DNA of 64,000 nt, taken from Octopus vulgaris. Its lineage: Eukaryota. Numbering within the stretch: the first letter of the stretch is position 1; the number at the start of each line of letters is the position of its first letter. The stretch is from positions 80,538,001 to 80,602,000 of the forward strand of contig OX597826.1 in assembly GCA_951406725.2 (NCBI GenBank). Direction: 5' to 3'. The notes beneath the pieces were generated by a model. The model searched no databases. It was not told the origin of the DNA and saw nothing but the letters and a program-made list of their open reading frames with translations. Shown piece after piece: positions 28,101-43,100 of this stretch. Both the position numbers and the translations under genes were made by a program.

Positions 28101-31100
28101 TCACATCATCAAAATCTCAAAGCCATGAAATAACAAATGATTAATTAAAATCAATGAGAATAAATAAACATTACACATGGCAAAGTAATGTGAATGTTAA
28201 AGGGTCAAAACTACTTACCAAGTTCTGATTTCTGGAATCCCCCCAGATAGCCTGGAGATCCAACGGTCTGTTGTTTTCTTTGTCCTCCCCCATAAGGATG
28301 GAATATATACAATGAGAAATTTGTCAAACAAGCAGTAAAACTAAGTCCACCGGAAGAGGTGAGCTGGGCTTGGCTTGTGTATTCTGATGCAGTACTACTG
28401 ACACGAGGTCGCATCCCACCATGTCCCAGAGTGCCACCAAACGTAGAACCACTGCTGCCCGTAGAGCTGTCCTGGTTTCCACTGTAGTTTCTTTCTCGGT
28501 GAACTGACGGCGATCGTTTGTGGTCTACAAAGAAAGACAATGATAATAATAATAATAATAAATAACTCTTTCTACTGGAAGCACAAGGCCTCAAATTTGG
28601 GGGAAGGGATTAAGTTGATTTATATTGACTCCAGTGCGTAACTGGTACTTCTTTCACAGACCCCAAAAAGAATGAAAAGCAAAGCCAACCTCAGCGGAAT
28701 TTGAACTCAGAACATAAAGATGGACAGTATACCACTAAGCATTTCGCCCAGCATGCTAACGATTCTGCCAACTCACTATGATAATAATAATAACTAATTC
28801 GTTTATTGGCCACAAGGGCTAACAAAAATCAATTAAAACAAAGGGACAAAACACAGGACGAAGGTTACAAAGGGTTTTGTCCGTTTGAAAAAAGTCCGTA
28901 TACAAAAGCAGGATATCAACGAAATATAAGTAACAAAACTCCCAATAGGGGGAGGTGCTTTGAAAGATTACTCGTGGAAAAACCCATAAAAGCCACGGGA
29001 GCCTGGTCAAAAGGTGGGTAGAGAGCCCCTTTTATATTTCCTTTTAAATTTTCACAGGTGTATCCTCATAATAATAATAATAATAATAATAATAGACCCA
29101 TAATAAAAAGCACAATAGTGCAACTTACTTTTGGCTTTCAATGGAGGTGTTCCCTCTCCAATGACATTCTCATCTGTTCCTTTAGTCGAGAAAACCGTCT
29201 CAAGTGACGGCACTTGAATCATGCATTCAACGCGTGACATTGGTGCACAGTTGAATCGAATGACAGACGAATCAACACGTATGAATACGACGACGTCTAC
29301 AGGGAAAGAGGCATAGGCAGCTGGTAGACCAAGGGACGTTGTAGAAGCGTCCAAATCCATCAAGACTTGACCCACTAACTCAGCTGAAACAACAAAGAAC
29401 AGACAAAAAGTAAGAGACACAGCTTCGGTAATTTGACAATAATTATAAAATCAAGGAGACAATAACAACACAACAGCTGGAACAAGAACAAGAGAGACAT
29501 TCTTAATCTATTCTATTTATTTCTATCCATTATGATTATTCGTATACAATCACAAACCAGAATTGCATTCACCTGCCCACCACCACCAAGAGCTAGGAAA
29601 GGGAATGACTCAGAGGAGATACAAACTCCAAAACAAAGGCTCAGATTGTATTCTTGCAAATAGTTTTGTCCAGCAGAATGAATAAATATAACCTTGAAAT
29701 TTAATCAGTACTGTAAATTAGTTTCAAATTTTGGCACAAGGCCAGCAAGTTGATTACATCAATCCCAGTGCTCAACAGGCATCTATTTTATCGATCTCAA
29801 AAGGATGAAAGGCAAAGTCAACCATAGCAGAATTGGAACTGAGAACAATAGTGATGGGTGAAATGCTGCTAAGCATTTTGTGTGACATGTTAACGACTCT
29901 GCCAGCTCACTGCCTTAATTCATCATCATCATCGTTTAACGCCCATTTTCCATGTTGGCATGGGTTGGACGGTTCGACCTGGGTCTGGGAAGCCAGGAGG
30001 CTGCACCAGGCTCCAGTCTGATCTGGCAGTGTATCTACAGCTGGATGCCCTTCCTAACACCAACTACTCTGAGTGTAGTGGGTGCTTTTTATGTGCCACT
30101 GGTACAGGGGTCAGAGGGAGCTGGCAACAACCACAATCGGTTGGTGCTTTTTACATGCCACTGGCACGGAAGCCAGTCAAGGCGCCACTGGCATTGGCCA
30201 TGTTCAGATGGTGCTTTTTACAAATTAATGGATGAATTTCACTGATACAAAATGGCAATCCTACACGTAATTAATGATCAAAAAACAGTGAATCTAAAAT
30301 GTTTCCCAGCAGCTCCTTTTTTGCACTTACAACAGACAAAACTAATTTGACCCTTTAATGCAAATGATAGGGTAGGGCTAAAAAAAACAAAAAACATTTT
30401 CATGTTTCTATGAGAAAATCAGCATCAAAATTGTAAAGTTTTACAGAAGCCGTTTCTTTCCCTTTGAAAGAAGATTTTAACAAGAGAAAAGGTAACTTGA
30501 TAAAGGATATCAGAAAATGCAAAGTTATATACATAGAAAAATAAATTTTCATTATGCAGTTAATAATCTACACATATTTGTAGAAGTAGATGTCATCAAC
30601 CATTCTACTTTTTAATAAGCAAAGTTTTTTGTTTTTTATTCAAGGTTTCCTCCAAGAGAACATTTTACAAAAATTCTTGGCAATGTCTCATTCTCTCTCA
30701 TTACTGGTGCCACATGAGACAATTTTTCCTCACAGCACTTTTGACACCAAGGGAAGTAAGCCAAAAGTCAACAGCTGCTTAAAGGAGGAATTAGTTGTTA
30801 CTCTTAAACATTACATTAAACTCAATAAACATGACTGTTATTAATACCGTTACTAATATCACTAACGAGCTGTGCACCATTGATAGTGTTACAGATTAGG
30901 AATATACGGAGATATGGCCAAAGTGCTCTCTGTTGGGGAAAATGGACAGTAAACAATTGATGTATTTCACATCTAAAACAACAACAATAATAATAATAAT
31001 AATCTACCTTTCTTCGTGGAAAATGGTTGAGACAGTGGTAATGGTTCCAATGCTTGTTCAAGGAAATCAAGTAAATAGGGGCTGATAATCATTTCCTGAA

Positions 31101-34100
31101 AATGTCCAAAGAGAAAAATTCTTGATGGGTGAACTCAAGAGTTGAAAATACACCCTACACCACCCCACACTGCCCCTCCACACACATAATACCATAAAAT
31201 ACAAGAAGTTATCATCGAAAATGAAAAATTAGTTGAAAATGAAACTTGAAATTTAAACGCTGGATTCACATTGAAACATTTTAAATAATTGAGGAATTTT
31301 TATACATTTCTTCTGAGTAAATAATTTCTCATTTGCGCAAGCGTGGCTGTGTGATTAGGGAGTTCACTTTGCAATCCTGAAGTTTTGGGTTCAGTCTCCA
31401 TTGTGTGGCACCTTGGACAAATGTCTGTTACAGCCCCAGGATGACCAATGTTTTGTTAGTGAATTTGATAGAAGAAAATTGTATAGAAGCCTACACACAC
31501 TGTTTCTATTCTTCAAATTTTATTCATGTGGCATTGGTCACAGGAGAAGATATTACCCTGGCCAATCAAAAGATTAATTTTTGAAGAAGAAAGTTAATCA
31601 AATTGATTCAAGTATATTGTCAATAACTGTCTTAGCTGCCCTAGGGAAGTGTAAGATAATATCAACCTCAACAATATTTGAAGTCAGAACAGGAGGAGGG
31701 CGAGAGAGAAAGGAAGAAAGGACAGAAGGAGAAAGAGAGGGAGAAAAGTACAGAGAGAGAGAATTAGATATTCTTTTTTACACTAGGTACAAGGCCCAAC
31801 TTTTTTTCTTTTTGTGGGGGTGGGTGTCAGTCAATTAGATTGAACCCAGTATGCAAATGGTACTTAATTTATGGACCCTGAAAGGATAAAAGGCAAAGTC
31901 GACCTTGGCAGAATTTGAACTCAGAACATAAAGACAGATGAAATACCACTAAGCATTTCGCCTGGCATGCTAACGATTCTGCCAGCTCACCACCTTTGAG
32001 ATAATATATATTCTTTTCTACTCTAGGCACAAGGCCCGAAATTTTAAGGCAGGGGGTGCAATCAATTAGATTGACCCCAGTATGCAACTGGTACTTAATT
32101 TATTGACCTCGGCAGAATTTGAACTCAGAACAGATGAAATACCGCTAAGCATTTTGTCCGGTGTGCTAACATTTCTACCAGCTTGCTTCCGTTGAGAGAA
32201 TTAGATATCATGATGTATATTGTGGCAAATTGGAGAAGTCATGAGAATATCAAAAAGAATCCGAGCAGTATTCTGGATCTCTGCATTCTGAGTTCAAATT
32301 TCACTGAGATCAATACTGATTCATCTTTTTCAGAGTTCATAGAAAAAGCACCAGAGGGATGCTGTAGATGGGTGGAAGTAGTAGAGACTCTGATGGGATG
32401 ACTTGCACTGTCTGTTGCAGCTCTTTGGATCCTGAGTTCAAATTACACCTAGGTGTCAATAGCTAGGGAAAATCACTTGGCTACATTAGTATCCAGTCCA
32501 ACCGAAATAGGCTCATATGAACAGGTAGGCATACAACCAGCATAGGTAAGACAACAAAGTGATGCTGAGGCAATGACTGAATGGAAATATTGACCATTTT
32601 GCCACCTGTTTCAGTTAGCTTCTTTCTGGCAATTTGCTTAAGAAGATACTTCAAGCTTAGTAAAACTGTGACCATCCATACATACAGGCATGTCCCTTAT
32701 GGTCATGCCATACCCACATCAGCAGAGATGTCCTTGTCACACAGGAACTGGTGCCACATAAAAAAACACCCATGCCAGTGCTACATAAAATGCACCCAGG
32801 TCTCTCTGTAAAGTGGTTGTCGATGGGAAGGTCATCTGGCTGTAGAAATTATGCCAAAATACAACTGAAACCTGGACAATTCTCTGGCTGGCCAACTTCA
32901 TCCAAACCCATGCCAACATGGAAAAACAGATGTTAAATGATGATGACTGATACACCTGCCATCATGATGGTGAGTATCTTATTACAGTACAGCAGTTTAT
33001 CCATTTTACTGTGATATGTTTGGACTTAAAATAATGTAAAACCCTCAAACGACTTAACTGAATCTAATTGGCTTGGGTGTACAATGACTGCACATCAAGC
33101 TCTGATATATGGTTTGTTTGGACTGCAGCAATATGAAATAAAGTGTCTTGCTCAAGGATACAACATGCTGACATGTATCAAACCCCTGACCTTCTGATCA
33201 TAAGCTGAAGACCCCAACCACTGAGCTAGGTGTCTTTATATTACCTTGTCTAAAACACTACACAATAGACTGATACAAAACAAGCACACAACACTCCTAA
33301 GAACTTCTGTTGAGTTATCTTCTCCTGGACATTGCCTCAAAAAGAAACTTTCCATATGAAAACATGAATGAAGGAAGGAATGAACGAATGAAGGAAGGAA
33401 GGAATGAATGAATGAAGGCAGGGAGGGAGGAAGGAAAACAAGGTATTGTATCAGCCTTCAGACAAAAACTTCCCATTTTGAGTGTTGAACCTTTAAGTTT
33501 TGTCAGTTTTTTTAACAAACGACACTCAACAATTTGACGAAGTCCGAAGATATTCCTGTTGACTTACCTCAGGCAGTGATTGCAAAAACACCCAAGCGTA
33601 CAAATTAGCTTTCTTTACATTGCTTCGTTTGCTGCTGGGTGTTGAAATTGTGTCTTTATCTTTGTCCTTTTCTGGGGTCGTTTCTGGAACTAGATTAACT
33701 GTTGGCATACCTGGCTTAGCAGCAGGTGAATCTAAAGCACTAGTTTTAGAATTATAGTGAACCTAAAAACAAAGGAAAAATCAAAGGGAAAAAAAACCCA
33801 TAATAAACGAATGGCGTCAAGAGTGAAAGAAAGCAATAATGGAAGAGTCACATATAAAAGTAAATGACAAAGAACAATTAATAGCTGTAATTAGAAGGTG
33901 CAATTAAAAAGTATCCGGACAGGTGCCATAGAAAGAAAATAACAACAACAGACATCAACTAAAGATTTCATCTCCTTTGAAGTGAGTCCACTTCTGAAGT
34001 GGACTCACACTTTATCCCGTGTTGCCTCCATTGATGGAGGAATTCCTGGAACGCTTTTTTGGGATAGCATCCAGCTGCTTCATCGCATTCTTTTGGATTT

Positions 34101-37100
34101 CTTCAACATCTAGAAATCCTGTTCCTTTCAAGTGAGATTTGATTTTTGGAAAGAAGAAAAGAGGAAAGATCACAGGTATTAGCAAAACTCGAAGCAGACT
34201 CTCTGCTCAATTTTCTCAGCCATGGTCACTGATGGAATCCCCCTGGGGTGTGCTAAGACGACCACACTCTACACACATTGCTTCCTTCCAAGCACTGTTA
34301 TAAACAATGGAAGTGAATAAGAACATCATATTTCAGTGTGCAGGTGTGACAGAGATCAAGGTTAATCTGTGCCAAGTGGATTCACACTGCATACTTTAGT
34401 TCCATTACCATAGCAGAAATGCTGACACTTTTTGATGAGACCTTGTATATATTAGTACTCAAAGCAACAGACAGGATTCACACCCTGTATCTATTGCTTG
34501 TCAGATAACCACACTATTGATTTCACATAGAACATCCATCTTTTGTTGTTGCTAGTTCCTTCTTGAGCCATCCCTGTCTCATAAGGGCCAGATTCCTGGT
34601 TTCATTGGTGTTTAGGTTTTTCACCTGGACGGGACACCAGACCGTCACAGGCAAACTGCTATATGCAGGAGGAGAGAGTGAGAGAAAATTGTGGAAAAAG
34701 AGTCAGCAGAAGTTCGCCATTACCATCTGCCATAGCTACGTAGAGCTTAGGTGTTTCACTCATAAACACACACATCGCCCAGTCTGAGATTCAAACCTGT
34801 GATCCCTTGGGCGCAAGTCCGCTGCTCTAACCATTAGGCCATGTGCCTCCACCACCCATCTTTTTGATCATTTTAGATTTTTTCTGCTATTTTAACAGCA
34901 CTAGTTTATCAGTAAAATATAATTCAACAGTCAACAAATGCTAGCAGTACCCTTCTCCTGCAATTTGCATTAGATTCTTGGAAGACTAGTGTCTTCACAG
35001 TAGCACAGATGTTCATTAATTGGCAAAACTGCAACATGACTCTACCAAACACACAACAAAGAAACCAAACACAAATGATACAATGAAAACCTATTTGTCA
35101 CTCAAGAAATATTTACATGCCACTGAATACAAGACCAATTCTCCAGAAACAGACTTGCAGGAATTTGAAACAATTCCAGTATGTTAATTAATACCAGCCA
35201 TTTTATCAGTAACGTTGTTTTATTGCTACTTACCGTATCAACCATTGACAGGATCTTCACTGAGAATAGAAGCACAGAAGTGGTAATACCGATGATGATG
35301 ATGATGATGATAGTGATGGTGGCAATGGTGGCCATGGTAGTGATGACGATGTTTGTGGTAGTGATGATTGTGCTAAAAGTGGTGGAGATGAGTGAGAAGG
35401 TGTGTGTAAGGGGGGGTAATAGGGATGATGGTGAAGATGGCAGTGCTGTGAGTGGTGGGGGTGATGAAGATAGCGGTCATGATGCTGATGGTGGTGGTGA
35501 CAGGGAGGAGAAGGAAGAGTGTTGATGATGATGGAGGTGGTAAAGAGAGAGTTGATGATGGCAATGATATAATGATAAGGGGAGATTTGTATGGCGGGGA
35601 GGGGGGGATGATGACACAATGATGAAAGCATCATTGATGGTAGTTGGTGATGACAGATGGTGGTGTTTGAGGACGGTGAGTGTGGAGGGGATGGAGGTGG
35701 TGGTTAGGGTGATAGTCATCATCTTCATCATGATAATGATGAAGATGAAGATGACTACAGAAGAAAACAAGTAACGCCGAAAGGTTGCTAAACCAGCAGT
35801 TCCATAGGAGACTGCAGCTGTACTCACTCTCACATCTAAGCCTGGCAAGAAGAATACTGTGTTCTCAACAGCCGGTGGTTGTACCGGGGGCCCTTTCTTC
35901 GTATGACTTGTATGAGTGAATAACGTTGTATTGGAGTCTTGTCGCTTCATCTTTTTACGGCCAGTGACAGGAGATGTCTCCGGCTTTTTGTGAACCCTGC
36001 AATATCAAGAAGTACAATAAATGGCAACACAACACACACACACACACACAACACACAATGTCTCATAAATATGGCGGCGAGATGGCAGAATCGCTGGCAT
36101 GCCAGGCAAAATGCTTAGTGATGTTTCGTCTGCTGTTACGTTCTGAGTTCAAACTCTGCCGAGGTCGACTTTGCCTTTCATCCTTTTGGAGTTGATTAAA
36201 TAAGTACCAGTTACGCACTGGGGTCGATGTAATTGACTTAAACCATTTGTCTGTCCTTGTTTGTCCCCTCTATGCTTAGCCCCCTGTGGGCAATAAAGAA
36301 ATAAATATCTCATAAATATGCTCCATTTGAAATATGTCGATCCTTTCTACTACAGGCGCATGGTCTGAAATTTGTGGGGAGGGAGTAAGTCGATCACATC
36401 AACCCCAGTATTCGACTGGTTCTTAATTTTTTGACCCTGAAAGGATGAAAGGTAAAGTCTACTTCAGCAGAGTTTGAACTCAGGACATAAAGATGAACGA
36501 AATGCCACTAAGCATTTTACCCAGGATGCTAGCGATTCTGGCAGCTTGCAATATATTAATGCACATGTAGTCAGTCACATGTGGCAACATGTGCTAAACG
36601 GTGCCAGTTTAATCCTTTAGCATTCACATTACACAAATGCGAATGCTTACATGTTCCCATTGTTATGACTGACTCCTGGCATCGTCTTGTAGCTTTGAGA
36701 TTTCAATGAGGTGACTCATTACTTTAGGAATGACATTGTAGGTAGGTGTGAGAGACCAGATCTGGCTAGTTTGAACATAAACCAGGTAGAATATTTGGGC
36801 CAGATATGGCCCAAATGCGAAAGGGTTAAGGCATAGGTTTTAGAAGCCACTGCCAGCTGGAAGGTCCCTTGGAGAGAGAAAAGTCATTGAAAATATCACC
36901 TTGTGGGGCAGGGGGGGAGGGTTCCAGCTGGTAGAGGCTTCCAAAACCTATCCCTTAATCTGGTTCTGTTTTGTTCATTACAAAACCTTCATTCAACTTT
37001 GGTATTGAACAGTAAATTTGACAGAGAAGCTTGTGGAGATTTTACTTGGTTCTGTTCTGTCTTATGATCAAGGAAACAAGCTTTTCCTTTTCTTCAATTA

Positions 37101-40100
37101 GATATGAAGTCCCACCTTTATAAAACAACCAGAAATTGTGAGTTTCCAGTAGAAAAAAAAAAACACGTTATCAACCTTCAAAGGATGAAAACAAAGCTTA
37201 ACTTAGTGAAATTGGAACAGAGAAAGTAAAAGGTCTAAATGCCATTTTGCAGTTTGTCTGACACCACTGGCTGTGCCAATCCACAACTCACACAAATTTT
37301 GGGAAATGGGGATAAGTCAATTACACCAACCCCCAGTGCACAACTGGTACTTAATTCATTGACCCCTGAAAGATGAAAAGTAAAGTCGACGGCAGTGAAA
37401 GTTGAATTCAGAACATAAAGAAGGAGGAAATACCACAAGGCATTTTGCCCAGCACGCTAATGATTCTGCGAGTTCTCACAAATATCATTAATTATACTAC
37501 TGGGTCACCTAAGAAAAAGAAGATTGATTTTTAATTCAATTGTACACCTTACCTGGAAGCTGAATCCATAGAACTAATTTGATTCTTTTCAATATTTGGA
37601 GCAATAAAATGCTTTCTTCCCCCACCCCCCAATATCTTAATCAAAAGGTGAAAAGCCATGTTCATGGCCCTTTTTAGACCTCTGACACTGGTGAGGGAAA
37701 GGGAGGGAAAAATTTGGGCTTTTCTAAAACATAAGACTTTTTACAAGTGGCAGCAACAGAGTTGGCTCCGCTAAGGGTTCCAAAGAGCCACGTAATATTA
37801 AACTACATGAAGTGGGTAAAACTGACCCCCGAAAGTCACAAGTTCGGAATGTTAAAGACAAGTTTATGAGATCAACGGAATACAAGAAGCAAAAACTGTG
37901 TGTACCCCTTCTTGAGGTCTTCTTCTTTGTTGTCTTTTGGATGCAGGATCCACTTTCCACTGTTAATAAACACTTTGAAATCGAGCTCAAAGTCTACGCT
38001 GGGATCTGGTGTATTGCTTGAAGATGCTGAAGAGGCTGCAGTAGATGCTGCTGTCGCTGATCCAGAGGGTGCACTACCAGGAGGTACTGAACCCACCTTT
38101 GAAGAACTGCTTGGGGTTGGTGTTGAAGATTGCTGGTACCTCACTTGCTTGCTGTTGTCAAATGGCCTGCCATCACTGAAGAGATACAACGCAGTTAGCT
38201 TATAGTTGGACAAATGCACTCATGCATGCACGCACGCACACACACACACACAAACACACAAACACACACACACACACACACACACAGTATATCAACAAAT
38301 AAAAAGATGTAGAAATAAAGTTTTAGCAAAAATAGAAAAGAGTTTTGTTGCTGCCTGCAAGATCTGTGAGAATATTTCACAACACATTTAACAGACAGCA
38401 TAAACAACATCTATTTGCAACAGCTGTGCCATCTGGTGGTAAGATTCTTGCTAATTAAAGCAAGTGTAAACAACCCAATTAGTTAACGACTCCAGTTTCA
38501 CCTGATAATTAACAAAGCTAAGCCATCACAATTGCACGCTTCAGTGAAAAATCCTGAATAAAATTATCCACGGTTTTTGTTATGTTGTGGGAATGAAGAA
38601 GAGAATAGCAACTCTCATTAGATTACGTATTTTACAGATGAGTGATCATGTAACAATAGTTCAATTATACAATGTTGTTATAGACAATTGTCTCTGCACG
38701 CTCATTCGACCCGTTAGACATAGCAGCTAAATCACACACACAAACATCTTAGAGTCATACAAAAAGGATAATATATGAAATGTGTCCTAAATATTCCTAA
38801 AAAAAAGAAAAAAATTGTTGGCCATGGGTTGAACGATTTTGAAAACAAACCTGCCGTATATACAGATACACATATAAATAACAAAAGACAAAGTCACATA
38901 AAAAAAAAAACAGAACAGAGGTCCAAAGAACAGTCACAGTTATTATTAATAGGTTGACCTCAAAGAAGGAGAAAAAATGTTATAAATGAAAAGCTCTAGA
39001 ACAGGGGTTCTCAACCATTTCTGGGTTTTTTTTTTAATCTATGGACCCCTTTGATTACTATTATTCTGGTGGACCCCCATAGGCATTCAATGCTTAAAAA
39101 CTAGTTTTATAGAAACTCCTTTCAAAATTCCCACTTTTGTCATTCACTTGGGTAGAATGAATTATGGAAAACATTTGAGAAAGAAACGTAGCTGCCTCTT
39201 GCAACACTTATTAATACATAGATCTAAGGCAAAAAAAAAAATTTACTATTGTGGACAATTCACTATTTTGCTGCCTGAACCCCCAAAAGTCTTATATGGA
39301 CCCTTAAGGGCCATATGGACCCCAGCTGAGAACCACTGTTCCAGAGAAAAAGTATAAGGTTTCAGACTTAGTTCAGATATACAGAGAAAAAGTTTAGGGT
39401 AAAGGGAAAAAAGTGAAGGAAAAGAGATAAGAAAGGAGAGCCAAGAAGAGGAAAGGATGAAAGCGAGGCATAGTGGCAGAATGGAGGGGTTGAGAGAAGT
39501 GTGGAGAAACGAAGTAAGGAAAAGGAGCAAATGTAAAGAGAAGAAATAAAGGTTTTAAGAACACAAAACACTTGAATCCAATCAAGTTGTTGAAACTGCA
39601 ACTTGTTTGCAGCTGCTCATTACCATCTTCGAAGTGTTGGGAAGGAGAGCAATAAGACGGGTTCAGACATCTTACCTTGTCAGGGGAAGATACACACTAC
39701 AGACTTTTTCTAAAGAGTGGGACAGAACTCTGGAGAGAGAAATCGAACACAAATTTGGCAAGGATAAGAGCTGATTCTGGAAAGTACTGTTTGAGGAGAA
39801 TGGAAGTGATGCTGACAAGACCAGTCAACTTATTGGATTCAACCAATTTGAAGAATTTGGGGACATGGTGACTGTCTGTATTCAAGAGTTTGGAAGAAGT
39901 TTCGTTGAATGAAGTGAAGCAAGTAGCAAATAGAAAAGCTTTTACAATGGAAATATTGCTGAGAGAGCCGTGGTGGTAGGAAACGGTCTACATAAAAGAG
40001 AAAGCTCTCCGATAAAGTGAAAGACTGAGATCTTACAGACCGTGCAATGTAGAAACATTATTTGTTAGTCTTCTATGGATTATGGTGGAGAGTGAAATTC

Positions 40101-43100
40101 TTGGTAGAGGCGGTGGTGAATAAAGTTCCAAACTTTGTGGTAGTGGATGACTGTCTTTAGCGATATGGAGAGTTTTTGTCACCTGCATCATTATGGCACA
40201 GTTTCTGCGGTTTCAGAGTCATAGCAGATCGACTGAGTGAGGGACATGAATTGAGAATGGTATTTGTTAACCACCAAGGTTTCCTAGATGGGTCGAAGGC
40301 AATACATTTGCTGCCATAAAAGTGGAAGTGCTCTGAACAGTTAGTTGGCATAATGTGGAATCAAACTGAGCGATTCTTTAGCAATATCCCTATCATCATC
40401 ATCATCATTTAACATCCTTTTTTGTTTTTCATGTTGGTAAGCTTGGAGACAATAACTCAAAGTAAAAACAGAGACACATTCAACAAAATATTTACAGGTT
40501 CCTGTACAAATGAGCCATAGGGCCTCAAACAACCCAGTGAAGGAGCTACTATGGGGTAGCTCAATTTGCTAGAAATAACAGTATAATTTTCTCAATCACA
40601 CCATACCATTTTATGAAAAGAGAAACCATTGTATATGGTCAAGGACAACAAAAAGCTGGATGGTTCATAGCTACAATACCATTAATCATGAGTCTGCACA
40701 AACAGGGCTGACCAGGACAGACCAGTACCTGGACACGGATCATTTGGTGCCAGGTCACACAGAAAGAATAGATCTTAAAATTTCATTTCTCTTTTATTGA
40801 CCATCACAGTCCGAAGGGTGTTTGGGCATGTTTTTTCTTTTTTTTCTTTTTGTTGATGTCATTCTGTTGGTTATGACAACCAGTGTTCCATTTGATCCTA
40901 TCAATGGAACAGCCTGTTCATGAAATTAAATTCCAAGTGGCTGAGTACTCCACAGTCACGCACACCCTTAGCATAGTTCTCAGAGATTCAGATTGACACA
41001 GAATGTGACAAGGTTGGTCCCCTTTGGAATTACAGGTACTACTCATTTTTGCCAGGTGAGTGGACAGGAGCAACGTGGAGTAAAGGGTCTTGCTCAAGGA
41101 CACAATGCACTGCCAGGAATTGAACTCACAACCTTACAATCATGAGCTAACTATCCCTAACCACTAAGCCACATGCCATCACATGGATTACACATACATA
41201 TATTATACATAAAATAATTAGATTATATATATTATGCGCTTTATTATGTGTGTGATGATCCCCTGGTCTGTAGAAACCTTGTTCTGCATGAAAGCAGTCC
41301 CTGGTGCAAAAATGATTGGGGCCAGGCTGCCCTAGGCTTTTTAGTGGTGTTATGTAGTTGTAGATGGTACTTACTTGGCTGGATGAAGAGGTTGGAATGG
41401 TTCTTTCTGGTCTAAAGATAATTCTTCATCTGAAGACAATGATGCCTCTGAACTGGAAGACAAGATGTCGTGAAGGTTATATGGTCTGTGGGAGACTGGA
41501 CAGCGTAGAGAATGATGTCTCATTGGCTCCTGGATGCTGCTACTTCCATTGCGGAAGTCAAAAATATTGTTAGTATCGGGTGAGCTAAGAGATTAGGAAT
41601 TTGTATGTGAAAGAGAAAGAAAGAAAACAGTAGCATGATGAGTTGCAAAGAAGAGAGAGCAGCATTGAAATGCAAGGAAAACAAGAAGCACTTTCTATTC
41701 TAAGATGGATTTCAAAAATTTAAAGTTTTGCATTTTGTAAGAGCAAATAGTCTTTACAGGTAAGAGACCTTCCTCCTGGTAAATGTTCAACCATGAAATA
41801 GCACTGAGGGCCAATAATTGACCAGGCAGATTTAGGAGCAGTGAGGTTTTATCTCATGGCCCTGTCGTTAGAACTCAAGCACTTCTTAAGATACAAATTG
41901 ATATCTAATTACCACAGTAAATAATTATCTGAGATTAACATTGAGCTGAAGAGATGAAATGAGAATCATTTACCTCTCATAGGCCCAGGCCACCCACAAT
42001 AAATATACACCATGGAAAAGTGTAAAATCAGATTAGAGAGCAATTTGGCTTCTATTTCTAGCAGGCCAAATGCTCCCCCCCTCCCCACCAATCATGAAGA
42101 AGGTACCCCACAAAAATGTAATGAACAACATCAAAACACTTTTGATAATGTCTTGCTTTCCATTTACTTTTCAGCATGACTTAGGGGAGGAAGGGCAACA
42201 GACAGGTTCTTTTTGGGGAGACTCCAAGACAAGAGAAGTTCTCCTCAGAAAAGACCCCAAACCCATATACGATAGAGTGGGTTGCCCTCAAAGCAGACAA
42301 AGGCCAGATCTTGTTCAAGGTGAAGTAACAAGACCAAAAACACACTAAGGAATAGTAAGCAGTGGTAGCATTATGTAACTGACCAGTGTTTTTGTCAGCC
42401 CACAATATCTGATTATTTCACATAGGTATACCACGTGAAGAACAGAGTGGAGCACCAATAGCCCAGCCAAAGAAATGACATCTTATAACTAAATATTAAC
42501 TATTTAAATTATGATTACTTTTATCAATTATAGAAAATAGAGTATAATAAAACAAAGCAAAAAAAAAACCAAATTCATTTATTTACTCTAAACATTATTT
42601 TTGTCAATGTTGCAATGGCTGGACAGATCTAGAAATTGGCAGAATTTTTGAGAGGAGATATCTTTGTCACTGGATAACTCTTTCCAATATTCATCCACTC
42701 AATGAGAATTGATTAGAGTTATATCCAAAGCAAGGTAAATTATATACAACACCTTACTCAAAGATCACTGTACAGGCTCGCTCCCAGGAATAATGGAAGG
42801 GCTTTCCATTATTTACTGTTCAGGCAGCAGTCACCAATTAGCTAATTTGATTCTACATCTCATCGCTAAGGAATATTATTAGAGAGGATGAACTTACCAT
42901 ATCTGCTGCTGAGGTAATAAGTATTAATGGTTTGCTTCTGCTTTAGTCATTAATTAGAGCTAAACTAGATATAGAGAAAGAGTTGGCAGGCAGCGAGAGA
43001 GCGAAGGTTTTGAAGGAGGAAACACAACAGAGGTCAAGGAAAAAGCAAGCTTAGGAGGGAGAACACAGGGAGGAAGGATTAATGAGAAACACAAGGATTT

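Noticed and set aside
30848-30972. Possible small exon just downstream of the EMIISP exon
   Set aside because: Both available acceptors lead to stop codons in the required phase.
39677-40390. Large BLTP1 exon ending at a GTAAGA donor near 39676
   Set aside because: No continuous open frame, and the motifs match a decayed LINE ORF2.
42898-42965. Strong GTAAGT donor with NAGNAG-type acceptors (cag cag cag ATATG)
   Set aside because: All possible exon lengths (5, 8, 11, 62, 67 nt) break the frame or include stops.
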